64,000 nucleotides of DNA, from the NCBI GenBank assembly GCA_964291295.2, contig OZ219754.1:960001-1024000 (forward strand), given 5' to 3'. Below the pieces are notes generated by a model, which had not been told where the DNA came from, searched no databases, and saw nothing but the letters and a program-made list of their open reading frames with translations. This document shows positions 21,806 through 34,804 of the stretch, piece after piece. Each line of letters opens with the position of its first letter. Positions within the stretch are counted from its first letter, which is position 1. The translations under genes and the position numbers were made by a program. The stretch comes from an uncultured Candidatus Binatia bacterium (GTDB lineage: Bacteria; Desulfobacterota; Binatia; UBA9968; JAJDTQ01).

Positions 21806-21904
21806 ATGGCCGCCTCCCATCTCCAGGTTCAGCCTCCCATTTCGGGGTTCACGTGGAAGAGTCAAGTGGAGGAAGTCTCGGTGGAGGCGTTTCTTGCCGT
21901 CTGA
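21806..21904 (+). pseudogene. Truncated remnant of the DUF4276 (TOPRIM-like) partner
   Basis: 32 codons MAASHL...VEEVSVEAFLAV* resemble the HLExLVEEPSMEAFL start of DUF4276 proteins; contains short internal duplications. Confidence 0.55.
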
Positions 21905-21930
21905 CCGTGCGCAAGCGAGAACACTGATCC

Positions 21931-23670
21931 ATGACCATCAGCGACGAGGAAATTCGCCGGCAATTGTGTTTGAGTGAAGACAGCCTCTGGGAGTTCAAGC
22001 AGATCGAATTCAACGGTGATACCCCTACCCGCCCTCGCAGAGACGATCTTGCCGATGAGCTGGGCGCCTTCGCCAACGCGGATGGCGGCGTGCTTCTGTG
22101 CGGTGTGTCCGACGACGGACGGATCCAGGGGATGTCCCGGAAACAGATGGAAGCGGTGGACCGCCTGCTGGTGGAAGTCGGCACCAACTCCATACGGCCC
22201 GCTCTGCGCATCCGGGTTTATCATCGGGAACTTGATGGAAGAGCTTTCGTGCTCGTGGAAGTGCCGCGGGGCGATGCGGTCCACGAGCGGGACGGGCGCG
22301 CGTTCATCCGTGTTGGTTCGAGCAAGCGCCGTCTGGACCACGACGAACGGCTGAGGCTGGCACAAAGGCGCGCACAGAGCCGCTACTTGTGGTTCGACAG
22401 GCAGGTCGTGCCGCAGACCGGCTTCGAGACCCTCGGCGAGCGTCTCTGGGAACCGCTCCTCAGCGTGTCCGGAGCGGTGGACCCGCGCCGGGGTCTGCTG
22501 AATCTTCGCCTGTTGGCGCAGGACGAAGCCGGTAGGCTCCGGGCCACTGTCGCGGGCGTACTGCTTTGTGCCCGGTCGCCACAGGACTGGTTGCCGCAAG
22601 CCGCCATTGTGGCGACACACTATCGTGGAGAAGATCGTGCCTCCGGTCAGTTGGATGCTCAGGAAATTGTCGGTCCACTACCCGTCCAGATCGCCGACGC
22701 GGTGAAGTTCGTCGTGCGCAATATGCGCGTTGCGGCGCGCAAGGCACCGCAGCGCGAGGACATGCCGCAGTACAGCACGGCCGCGGTGTTTGAAGCCGTG
22801 GTGAACGCCGTGGCACACCGCGACTATTCCATCTCCTCGCGGCGCATCAGACTCTCGATGTTCAGGGACCGCCTCGAGATCGACTCGCCCGGTCCGCTTC
22901 CCAATGGCATGACCCTGGACGGCATGGAGGCAAGCCAGGCAACCCGCAACGAAGTGATCGCTTCCGTGTTCGGGAGGATTCCCGTTGGCGATATCCCCGG
23001 ATCGAACCATCGCGGCTACTTGATGGAACGTCGGGGAGACGGCGTGTCGATCATTCACAAGGAGACCCGGGAAACCGCCGGTGCCCCGCCGGAATACCAT
23101 GTCGTTGACGGCTCCAACGTCGTGCTGAGCATCCCCGCGGCCAGACTCGAACTTGTCCCCGCCGACGCCACGGTCACGGTGCACTCGGGAGGAGCGCCCC
23201 TGGTTGGAGTCGAGGTTCTGGCACTTTTTCCGAACAAGACATGGCGGCGGGCAACTACCGACGAGGTTGGCGAGGCGGTTCTTGATCTGTATACGACAAA
23301 CCTTCCGATGACCGTATACGCCGCGGCCCCGGGGTATGCGGCGGGGCTCCAACGGGAATGGCGTCCGCACCGGGGAGGGCTGCTGCTGGAACTCGGCCCG
23401 CTCCCGTCCGGGGGCGCGGTTATTTTCCCCCAAGACACCGGGCATCTCCCCGGCCTGCGGGGGCGGCTGAATCCGATACGCGACACCTCTGACCGGACGT
23501 ATCTGTACGCGGACAATGTCTCTATTGAGGAGGGACGACAGCAGCCCGTGCCCTTTCGGCTGGGCAAGGCATTGCGGCTGGTGGACGCGCACGGCGCCGA
23601 GTTGTCGGTAACCATCGTGGACATTGTCGGACGTTCCGCATTGGTGGAATATCGGCGGGACAAGTCATGA
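21931..23670 (+). CDS. AlbA_2 (Schlafen-like) + HATPase_c_4 protein with beta-sandwich C-terminus
   Basis: EDSLWEFK, AFANADGGVLLCGV, EAVVNAVAHRDY, DRLEIDSPG; the C-terminal ~170 aa are beta-rich with no HTH. Confidence 0.85.
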   Translation: MTISDEEIRRQLCLSEDSLWEFKQIEFNGDTPTRPRRDDLADELGAFANADGGVLLCGVSDDGRIQGMSRKQMEAVDRLLVEVGTNSIRPALRIRVYHRELDGRAFVLVEVPRGDAVHERDGRAFIRVGSSKRRLDHDERLRLAQRRAQSRYLWFDRQVVPQTGFETLGERLWEPLLSVSGAVDPRRGLLNLRLLAQDEAGRLRATVAGVLLCARSPQDWLPQAAIVATHYRGEDRASGQLDAQEIVGPLPVQIADAVKFVVRNMRVAARKAPQREDMPQYSTAAVFEAVVNAVAHRDYSISSRRIRLSMFRDRLEIDSPGPLPNGMTLDGMEASQATRNEVIASVFGRIPVGDIPGSNHRGYLMERRGDGVSIIHKETRETAGAPPEYHVVDGSNVVLSIPAARLELVPADATVTVHSGGAPLVGVEVLALFPNKTWRRATTDEVGEAVLDLYTTNLPMTVYAAAPGYAAGLQREWRPHRGGLLLELGPLPSGGAVIFPQDTGHLPGLRGRLNPIRDTSDRTYLYADNVSIEEGRQQPVPFRLGKALRLVDAHGAELSVTIVDIVGRSALVEYRRDKS

Positions 23671-23763
23671 AAGCAGTCATGAATGAAACCATGAAAGGAT
23701 CCGTCCCGGGAGCCATCAGGGGGTCCATGAAGGAACCCATCGCGGGGTCCTTGAACCGGTCAT
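23668..23763 (+). repeat. Degenerate 12-bp tandem repeat
   Basis: ATGAAAGCAGTC ATGAATGAAACC ATGAAAGGATCC GTCCCGGGAGCC ATCAGGGGGTCC ATGAAGGAACCC ATCGCGGGGTCC TTGAACCGGTCA. Confidence 0.6.
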
Positions 23764-23880
23764 CCCCGGTGCTGGAGATCACCACGAACGGGAACGATCC
23801 TTTCGCGAATGGCCGCATCGGTATCGATCCGCGTTGCATCAACCCCCGTGCGGAGCGGTCACGGAAACGGTCGAAGTTCG

Positions 23881-23982
23881 TGCCGAAACCCGACATGCCG
23901 AAACCCGACATGCCGAAACCCGACCTGCTGAAACTTGACCTGCCGAAATCCGACCTGCCAAAATCCGACCTGCCAAAATCCA
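23881..23982 (+). repeat. 15-bp tandem repeat (~6.7 copies) immediately upstream of hsdR
   Basis: TGCCGAAACCCGACA / TGCCAAAATCCGACC units. Confidence 0.9.
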
Positions 23983-23998
23983 AAACGGTGCCGGCCTG

Positions 23999-27133
<3,135 letters not shown>

Positions 27134-27439
27134 TACTCCAACCGCAAGTCAATGTCCGTCCGGCATCCGGGCGGTTCTCGTATCAGTGGCATCGGGCCGG
27201 CCGAGGGTTTGTCATCGGAAGTTGTCCGCGGCACTGCGGCCCCGCGGGCCGTCCGAAGACGGAGCGAGGCGGCCTCCGGGAACCGGAAGCTGCCGAGAGC
27301 GGCGGCGGGACGATCCGGCAGCCCGGGCGGGTGCCGGACGAGGCTTGCGTGGCACCGGCCGGGTCACTCGGAATACGGTGCCGGAATGCGCGTCCGCTCG
27401 GGGCGTTGGGCGACGGCTCGTTACAAGAAAGGCGTGCGC

Positions 27440-30400
27440 ATGGCGTTGAGAGCCTTTGAAACGGATGACCTCGAGCGCGCGGTGGGGCCTCTATCTCGGT
27501 CACGCGCGGGCGGGACTATTTCAAGCGCGGCAAGGTGCTCCGGGTCGAGTTCGATTCGCGCGGCTGGATCCACGGGGAGGTTTCGGGCACTCGGCGGAAG
27601 CCCTGCACGGTCGTGGCCGAATGCGAGACAGGAAGCGGCGGGAGGCTGCTCTCGGTGGAAGGTCAATGCTCCTGTCCGGTCGGCTACAACTGCAAGCACA
27701 TCGCCGCCGTTCCGCTCGCCGCCCGGGAGCTGTTGCCGGGGGGGCATGACCGTCGCATGAGCGCGCGTGGGGTGATTTCGGACGATGTCCGGATCTGGCT
27801 CGCCCGATGGCCCAACGGAACCGCCGCCGCGGCCGCGCCCCGTACCTCCGGCCCGCCGGAGCCCGGCCGGGTCCATCTGTTCTACGTCATCCGGATGGAT
27901 GCACAGCACCGCATGGGCATCGAGCCCCACTGCGCCCTACTCAACAAGGACGGCACCATCGACAACAGTACCGAGCGTCTCGAACGGCACTCGATCTGGA
28001 CCCGGGGAAACCTGACGGTTCAGGATGCCGGTCTTCTCGGCAGGCTCTCCCTGTTCGCGGGGGAGAGTTACCGGCCATGCAGTTCGTGGCCTGACGGGGC
28101 GGTCCTGGTCGATCTCGTGCGCGAAATCGTCGAGACCGGCCGCGCACGCCTTCACGACATCCATGGCCCCGCACTGTCCTGGGCCGAGCCGCGCCACTGC
28201 GAGTTCGTCCGGGAGATCGACGAGTCCGGGACGCAGCATGTGGCGGTACGCGATCGGAACGGGTCCGCGTTGACCCTGCTGCCGTTTCCGACACCACTCG
28301 TCGTGGAGCCCGCGACCGGCCGGACGAGCGTCGCCGCCACATCGCTTTCGCACCGGCTGGCCGCGTGGCTCGCGGAGGCGCCGCCGGTGCCGCACGGAGC
28401 GGTCGATGCGGTGGCCAGGAAACTGTCGCAGGTCAGCAAGCACGCTCGGTTCCCCCGGATTTTGCAAGTGGAGGAACGCACTGGTGTCGTCCCGGAACCG
28501 GTTCTGATCCTCTATGGGCATGAGCCGAAAGTCATGTCGTCCGGCCCCGGCGCACCTCGCCGCCGACGTCCGGACACGGACGGCTCGATGGTCTGGCCGT
28601 TCGCCCGCCTGGAGATGGCCTATGCGGGCGCCCGCGAGCGCGTGCGGCCCGGCAAGGGCGGCGACCTGCGGATGGTCGGCGAAGACGCTGTGGTACTCCG
28701 GCGGGGCCATGAGCGAGAAGCCGCGTTCTCGGCGCGTCTTCAGGAAGTCGTGGACGCTTGGCGCTCCACGCTCGGGCCGCTGCGCCCTTCCAGGCTCGAA
28801 CTGTTGCGCCATCCCAATCTCAGTGCGCCGCGCGAAGCTCGCGAGGCCGATGTCATCTTCCCGCTCCCGAGGCACGAGGAGATGGGTCGATCCGGGGGAG
28901 GTCTCGGCTTCGTCCTGAGAGCGGTCCCACAACTCCAAGCCGAAGGCTGGCGCGTCGAGGTTGACGAGTCATGGCGGTTGCGGCTGCACGAGGGGGCGGT
29001 GGCATTCTCGACGTCCCTCCAACCCGCGGCCGAGGACTGGTTCTCGGTCTGCCTGTCGCTGGAGGCGAACGGCCAGCGGTTCGACATGACGCCGCTCCTC
29101 CTGCAGATGATCGAAGATCTGCCGGCCGACGAAGGGGGTCAGTTGGAGCCAGGGTTCGACATCAAGCGCCACTTGGCCGACAAGTTGTTTCACGCACGGC
29201 TTGAGGACGGCTCCTGGCTCGTCCTCGACGGCTCCCGGCTCGCACCGTTCGCCGAAGCGTTTCTCGAAGCGCAGGGGCTGCTGGAGTTCAATCGGGCCGA
29301 TGCGGCCAGCCTGTTCGATTTGGCCGAAGAGCTGGAGGGTTGCGGCGCGCCGTGGACCGGCGGACGGGAGTTCCTCGATCTGGGCGCACGGCTCCGGTCG
29401 CTTGCCGAGGCGCCGGAGCAGCCGGCACCGGCTGCGTTGCAGGGAGAACTGCGTCCCTACCAGCGCGCCGGCTACGGCTGGCTCAAGGCGCTCTCTTCGA
29501 CCGGCTTCGGCGGGGTGCTGGCCGACGACATGGGGCTTGGCAAGACATTGCAGGCGCTCGCGCTGCTGGCACACCGGCATCTGGAAGAGAAGACGCCGCT
29601 TCCGAGCCTCCTGGTGGTGCCGACGAGCCTGGTTGGCAACTGGCGGCGCGAAGCCGCGCGCTTCGTGCCCGACCTGAAGCTGCCGGTGCTGCACGGCCCC
29701 GACCGGCAGCGGCGATTCGCGGAAATCCCCGGGCATCACCTGGTCATCACCACCTATCCGCTGCTCAGCCGGGACCACGCGGCGCTGTTCGGCCATGACT
29801 ATGACATCGCGGTGCTGGACGAGGCGCAGGCGGTGAAGAATCCGACGGCGGCCGTCTCGAAACGCATACGGGAGGTCCGCGCCCGCCAGCGCCTGGCGCT
29901 GACCGGGACGCCGCTGGAAAACAATCTCCTGGAGCTCTGGACGCTCTACGACTGGCTGGTTCCGGGGCTGCTCGGCAACCGCAAGAGCTTCACGGCGGCG
30001 TTCCGGACCCCCCATCGAGAAGCATGGCGACCGCGCTCGGCAGCGGCAGCTCTCGATCCGGGTGAAGCCCTTTCTGATGCGGCGCAGCAAGGAAGAGGTG
30101 GCCCCCGAACTGCCGGAAAAGACGGTGATCGACGAGATGGTGCCGCTCGAAGGCGCCCAGGCCGCGCTGTACGAGAGCATCCGGACGGTGATGGACCGGC
30201 GGGTTCGGGAGGCCATCGCCGTGCGGGGTCTGGCGGCGTCGCGCATGGCGATCCTCGACGCGCTGCTCAAGCTGCGCCAGGTCTGTTGCGATCCGGGTCT
30301 GGTGAAGCTCGACGCAGCCCGCAAGGTAACCGCCAGCGCCAAGCGGGCGCGCCTTCTCGCGTTGCTGGACGAGCTGGTCGCCAAGGGGCGCAAGGTGCTG

Positions 30401-30862
30401 GTCTTCTCCCAGTTCGTGGAGATGCTGAAGCTGATCGAACGGGACATCACCGCGCGCGGCTGGGACTACGCCATGCTGCACGGTGCGACCAGGAAGCGCG
30501 ACGCGCAGGTGGCGGCATTCCAGTCGGGCAACCTGCCGCTGTTCCTGGTGAGCCTGAAGGCCGGCGGCACGGGCCTCAATCTGACCGCGGCCGACACGGT
30601 GATCATCTACGATCCCTGGTGGAATCCGGCGGTGGAGCGTCAGGCCATGGACCGGGCGCACCGCATCGGCCAGGGCAAGCCGGTCTTCGTCCATCGGCTG
30701 GTGGCCGAGAGCACCGTCGAGGCGGCAATCCAGTGGATGCAGGCGCGCAAGCAGGGCCTGACCGACGCGCTGTTCGAGGGCACGGGCCAAGGGCCGCTGG
30801 CGCTGACGGGCGAGGATATCGATGCGCTGTTCGGGCCGGCGCCTACGGCCCCCGGCCCGTGA
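27440..30862 (+). pseudogene. SWIM zinc finger + SNF2 helicase with two apparent frameshifts
   Basis: CSCPVGYNCKH, LADDMGLGKT, DEAQ, TGTPLEN; C-lobe (FSQF, SLKAGGTGLNL, DPWWNP, DRAHRIGQ) is in another frame after the C6 run at 30008-30013; ATG 27440 is out of frame with RGRDY at ~27505. Confidence 0.85.
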
Positions 30863-30992
30863 ACGCAGCGGAAGGAAGCCGCCGGAACAAGAAGGCCGCG
30901 GAGGCCGGGGGCGGAAATGACGCAGACGACGGAGCGCGGCGCTGGCACGAGACCTGGAAGAAGCCGTGCGAGGCGGCCGAGGCCATCCGTCA

Positions 30993-33266
30993 TCATCGTG
31001 GAGACCGAAAGCGCCGGCTGTCGCCGCCCCGGTCTTGAGCCGGGGCACCACCGTTCTCCGACATCTCTTTCCGCAGTTCGCTCAGGTCGTGGCGGATGTG
31101 CTCGGCGATTTCCTCCACTTCCTTCGCCACCCGCGGTTCCAGGCCGAGGTCCTTTTCCAGCGCCGTCGTGAGCGGCAGCATCAGGTCGGACACGGGCGAC
31201 GCCCGGATCAGATCGCGCATTCTCTCCAGCCCGAGTTCGACCGCCATGGCCGTCAAAGCGTCGATAACCTCTTTTCGCGGAACTTTGACTGTATGCAGAA
31301 CCGTCAACGCCGTCTCGACATCCCGCATGCACGCCTCGACATGGTCCTCATGCAGGTACGCCCGGGCGCGGAGCATATACGCCCGTGCAACCGTATCCTG
31401 AGTTTCCGACGCGGGGCTCTTGCCGAAGCGATTGATGACGTCATTCGACACGGACCGTGCTTCCTCCCACCGTTTCAATGCAAGGAGAGCGGCGGCCTTG
31501 TTTTCCAGCGCCATGGCGACATGGTTCAGAATTTCAGGTGTCTCACTCTTTCCGAAGCGCCCGATCAGACGACTCGTGGCGCTCACAGCTTCCTCAAGCC
31601 GGCCCAGCTTGCGAAGGCCGGCGCATTTCCAGTACATGGCCATCGCGACGACGCAGCAAACCGGACGTGCATCGCTCTCTTCGAAGCCACTGACGACATC
31701 GTCCCAGATGGCGAACGCTTCATTCGGACGTTTCAACGCTGCCAGCGCGGTCCCTTTGCTGAATAGAGCTGTCGCTATGGCGATAGAATACCTCCCAGGA
31801 TCGATTGCCCTGGAATGCCGAACAACTTCATCGCATGCATGGATCGCGTCCTCCATCCGACCATCCGCGAAAAGTGCTCTCACATTCTTGAGCAAACCCA
31901 CGATGTCCCACGACAGGGCGGGTGCGACGGGAGACTCGCCCGGCCGACCGGCGAAGGCAGCCTGGGCAAGCGAATGCAACTCCTCGCGGTGCGCTTCGAG
32001 CAACGGCAGCCGCAAGAGCGTCTCAAAAGCGGTCTGGCAGAGCCTCAGCGTCTCGCCTTCCAAGTTCGACGCCTCCCGGGCCAATCGGAATCCGAATTCC
32101 TTCAGTTCACCGGCCGAATAGTACCCTTCCATGAAACGGATCAGGGCTTCGATCAGGGGAGCCGGCCCGTGCGCCCGGCGCATCAGGTAGTAGATGTTGT
32201 AAAGACGCTCCGCGACGTAATAGAGCTTGCGTCGTTCAGTGCCGCCCGCCACTTCCACGATACCCCGGGCGGTCAGACGATTGAGTTGCGCGCTGCATGT
32301 GCTGGTGTCCAGTCTGGCCCGGTCGGAGACTTCCCGGGCTGTGACCGGTCTCCAATGGTGTGCGAGGGCGAGATAGACCTTGCGCTCCTGCGCGGGCAGG
32401 GCGTCGAGATGACTCTTGAGATACCCGGTGTGGTCGTCGACCAGATCGAGAAGATCGGCCATCAGTTCGCGAAATGACAGGTCCGCACCGAAGCGGGCCA
32501 CGATGGTCAGCAGCCGCGGGCTGCCACCGGTGAGGATACGCAATGCCTGGATCGTTTCCGGGGCCCGACGGCGGCCGGACACCGCCTGCCACAGGGTCGC
32601 GCAGTCTTCCGCATCAAGGGGACGCAGCTGTTGCACCCGGAACAGATCGTAAAAGGCCCGCCCGGGATCGTCCATTTCGTCGAACCGACTTGTCGCACTG
32701 GCCAACAGCAGTATCCGAGGCTCGGTCTGGAGTGTCTGGCGCAACCACCAACCGGTATCGTCGTCACCTGTGTCTTCGAGCAGCATGTTCAGGTTCTCGA
32801 CGAACAGGACGAGGCGTTTGTGCTCCCGGTCGGCGAAATCCTGAAGCGCGCCCAGGCAGCGGTCCCCGAGCGTCCGGTCGTCCCGGACTTGCCGAAGCTC
32901 CTCGAACGTCCGGTGCAAGTCCGGGCCGTCTTTCGCGGATGGCGCTTGGCCGGTCAGCCGGGACAGGCATTCGAGCCAGAATTCGCCAGTGGTGGAGACT
33001 TCGTAACTTTCTTCCGCGAAGACGATGGGAAAGAAGCGTACGGACAGGCTCTCGTCACGCCGAATCTCCGCCGCGACGCGCAGCAGGAGGCACGTCTTGC
33101 CGCTGCCGCGCGGGCCGATGACGATCTGGTGCGTGTTCGAGTTGCCCGTGCCCTCGCGCAGCGCTTCGACCACCGATTCGAACTCTCGCGTCCGCACGCA
33201 GAAGGACGCCACGAGTTCGTCGTCGGAGAGGAATCCCGGGTTGTACTTTCTGGCAGTTGCCGTCAT
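30993..33266 (-). CDS. STAND-like ATPase + winged HTH + TPR-like repeats
   Basis: GPRGSGKT, VLFVENL, GGSPR, wHTH (TAREVSDRARLDTSTCSAQLNRL), ~45-aa helical repeats (A.AL..K..AL..L.R.EEA); ATGA overlap with the upstream ATPase. Confidence 0.82.
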   Translation of the reverse strand: MTATARKYNPGFLSDDELVASFCVRTREFESVVEALREGTGNSNTHQIVIGPRGSGKTCLLLRVAAEIRRDESLSVRFFPIVFAEESYEVSTTGEFWLECLSRLTGQAPSAKDGPDLHRTFEELRQVRDDRTLGDRCLGALQDFADREHKRLVLFVENLNMLLEDTGDDDTGWWLRQTLQTEPRILLLASATSRFDEMDDPGRAFYDLFRVQQLRPLDAEDCATLWQAVSGRRRAPETIQALRILTGGSPRLLTIVARFGADLSFRELMADLLDLVDDHTGYLKSHLDALPAQERKVYLALAHHWRPVTAREVSDRARLDTSTCSAQLNRLTARGIVEVAGGTERRKLYYVAERLYNIYYLMRRAHGPAPLIEALIRFMEGYYSAGELKEFGFRLAREASNLEGETLRLCQTAFETLLRLPLLEAHREELHSLAQAAFAGRPGESPVAPALSWDIVGLLKNVRALFADGRMEDAIHACDEVVRHSRAIDPGRYSIAIATALFSKGTALAALKRPNEAFAIWDDVVSGFEESDARPVCCVVAMAMYWKCAGLRKLGRLEEAVSATSRLIGRFGKSETPEILNHVAMALENKAAALLALKRWEEARSVSNDVINRFGKSPASETQDTVARAYMLRARAYLHEDHVEACMRDVETALTVLHTVKVPRKEVIDALTAMAVELGLERMRDLIRASPVSDLMLPLTTALEKDLGLEPRVAKEVEEIAEHIRHDLSELRKEMSENGGAPAQDRGGDSRRFRSPR

Positions 33267-34531
33267 GGGCTCGATCTGCGCCCGCGCCGCTCGGGTTGCA
33301 GGGCCGACGTGCAGTTTCCGCCGTAGCGGCCGCACCACCAATCTTCGAGCAAGCCCGATACGAACCGATAGCCGCGCTTCTCGCGTTCCAGATAGCCATC
33401 ATGTTCGAGTACATGCAGCACATCCTCGACCGAAGGGGCTCTGCTCTTGATACGGACAGCGAAATGCGCGCGATACCGGTCGAAGGTATCGCCATCAAGA
33501 TAGCCGTTGACGGCGGTCGCGGTCAGTATCTCCAGGGCGACCGGATAGCCCGTCTGTCCCAGCACCGTTTGCAGCCGGCCTTCGCAATGCTGCAGATCGG
33601 TCTGCCCCCGGACGCTCAGCATCTCGTGCCGATAGACCCACTCCGTGTCGTCCAGTGTTGCGTGGCGTCGGTTGGCATGCCGCAGACGGTCGTGCAGCTT
33701 GTCGAAGAACATCTGTACATGGTGCGGGATGCAGCATCGCAGCCGCCGGCACATGTCCTCCCGAACCTCCGGAGGAAGTCCTATCCCGTAAGTCTCGGCA
33801 AGCGCCTCCAGACAGTCCGCAGAGGTTGCCGTGTTCCAGGGTTTCAGATCGTGGGCGGAATAGATGTTGGCGTGCGCGCTCAGGCCGGCCTGCTCCAGAA
33901 GCGGCTCGAGGCCCACGCTGCCCGACAGGATCATCGAAATCCGACCTTGATGGATCTGCCCGTTCCTGCGCAGCCAGCTCAGGAAGGCGTCCGTCGTCCC
34001 TTTCCCTCCCGGCGTTATGGCGCCTGTATGATCCTTGAGTATCCGGTTTATGAGGATCGGCAACTCGTCGACCGCGAGGACAACGGGGCGGTCGCTCGCC
34101 GCCAGCGCGGCGAACATCTGATCTCCTCTCTGCGGCCAATTACCCGAATCGATCCCGCCGCGCAGCTTCACCTTGAGGTCCGCAACAGACAGTTCCTCGA
34201 TTTGTCCTCCGGCCGCTCTCAGCAGATTGCCGAAGTCCGCCGCGATTCGATTCCACGCACCGTGCAGCCGCTTCGCCTGTACGGCAATCTCCGCGATTGC
34301 GTCCGCCGGGTCCATTGCGGCTTCCACATCGACAAAGACCGGCTCGAAGTCGCCCGTTTCCGCCAGACGCCGCAGCAACTCCCGCACGAGGCTCGTCTTG
34401 CCCATGCGCCGCTGTGCCGTCAGGAGGGTGTGGCTCCTCTCCCGAACACGTTCTTCGAGCGCTTCGAGCTCGACCTCGCGATCGAAGAACCGGTCTCCGT
34501 CGACCCAGTTGCTCCCGCCCTTTTTGAGCAT
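33263..34531 (-). CDS. STAND/archaeal-type ATPase
   Basis: GDRFFDRE, AQRRMGKTS, LAVDELP, SGSVGL, C-terminal LEHDGYL..YRF.SGLLEDWW; GGAGG RBS. Confidence 0.85.
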   Translation of the reverse strand: MLKKGGSNWVDGDRFFDREVELEALEERVRERSHTLLTAQRRMGKTSLVRELLRRLAETGDFEPVFVDVEAAMDPADAIAEIAVQAKRLHGAWNRIAADFGNLLRAAGGQIEELSVADLKVKLRGGIDSGNWPQRGDQMFAALAASDRPVVLAVDELPILINRILKDHTGAITPGGKGTTDAFLSWLRRNGQIHQGRISMILSGSVGLEPLLEQAGLSAHANIYSAHDLKPWNTATSADCLEALAETYGIGLPPEVREDMCRRLRCCIPHHVQMFFDKLHDRLRHANRRHATLDDTEWVYRHEMLSVRGQTDLQHCEGRLQTVLGQTGYPVALEILTATAVNGYLDGDTFDRYRAHFAVRIKSRAPSVEDVLHVLEHDGYLEREKRGYRFVSGLLEDWWCGRYGGNCTSALQPERRGRRSSP

Positions 34532-34551
34532 CACCCCCTCCCAACGGTTTC

Positions 34552-34602
34552 GTTGGCAACAACGTTGACAACAATATAGTTGGCAACGAAACTGTTGTCA
34601 AC
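34552..34602 (-). promoter_or_regulatory. Sigma70-like promoter overlapped by four GTTGNCAAC palindromes
   Basis: Minus-strand TTGACA (34601-34596), 17-nt spacer, TATATT (34578-34573); GTTGNCAAC at 34552, 34564, 34579, 34594. Confidence 0.75.
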
Positions 34603-34804
34603 ATGGGTTTTCTCGGCCAAACACGTGGGCACGACTCGATCCGTGATGCACGACGAGCGTCCCGATCGTCTTCATGGTTTCCGGGCACCTGCGGCAAGAC
34701 TCCCTGGGCCGGCATCCCTGGGTGGGCGCCCCCTGGGCTGGCATTCATGGTAGGCTTGCTGTCTTCGCAGCCGGACGACCGCGCTGGACAGGCCGGGAGA
34801 TGCC

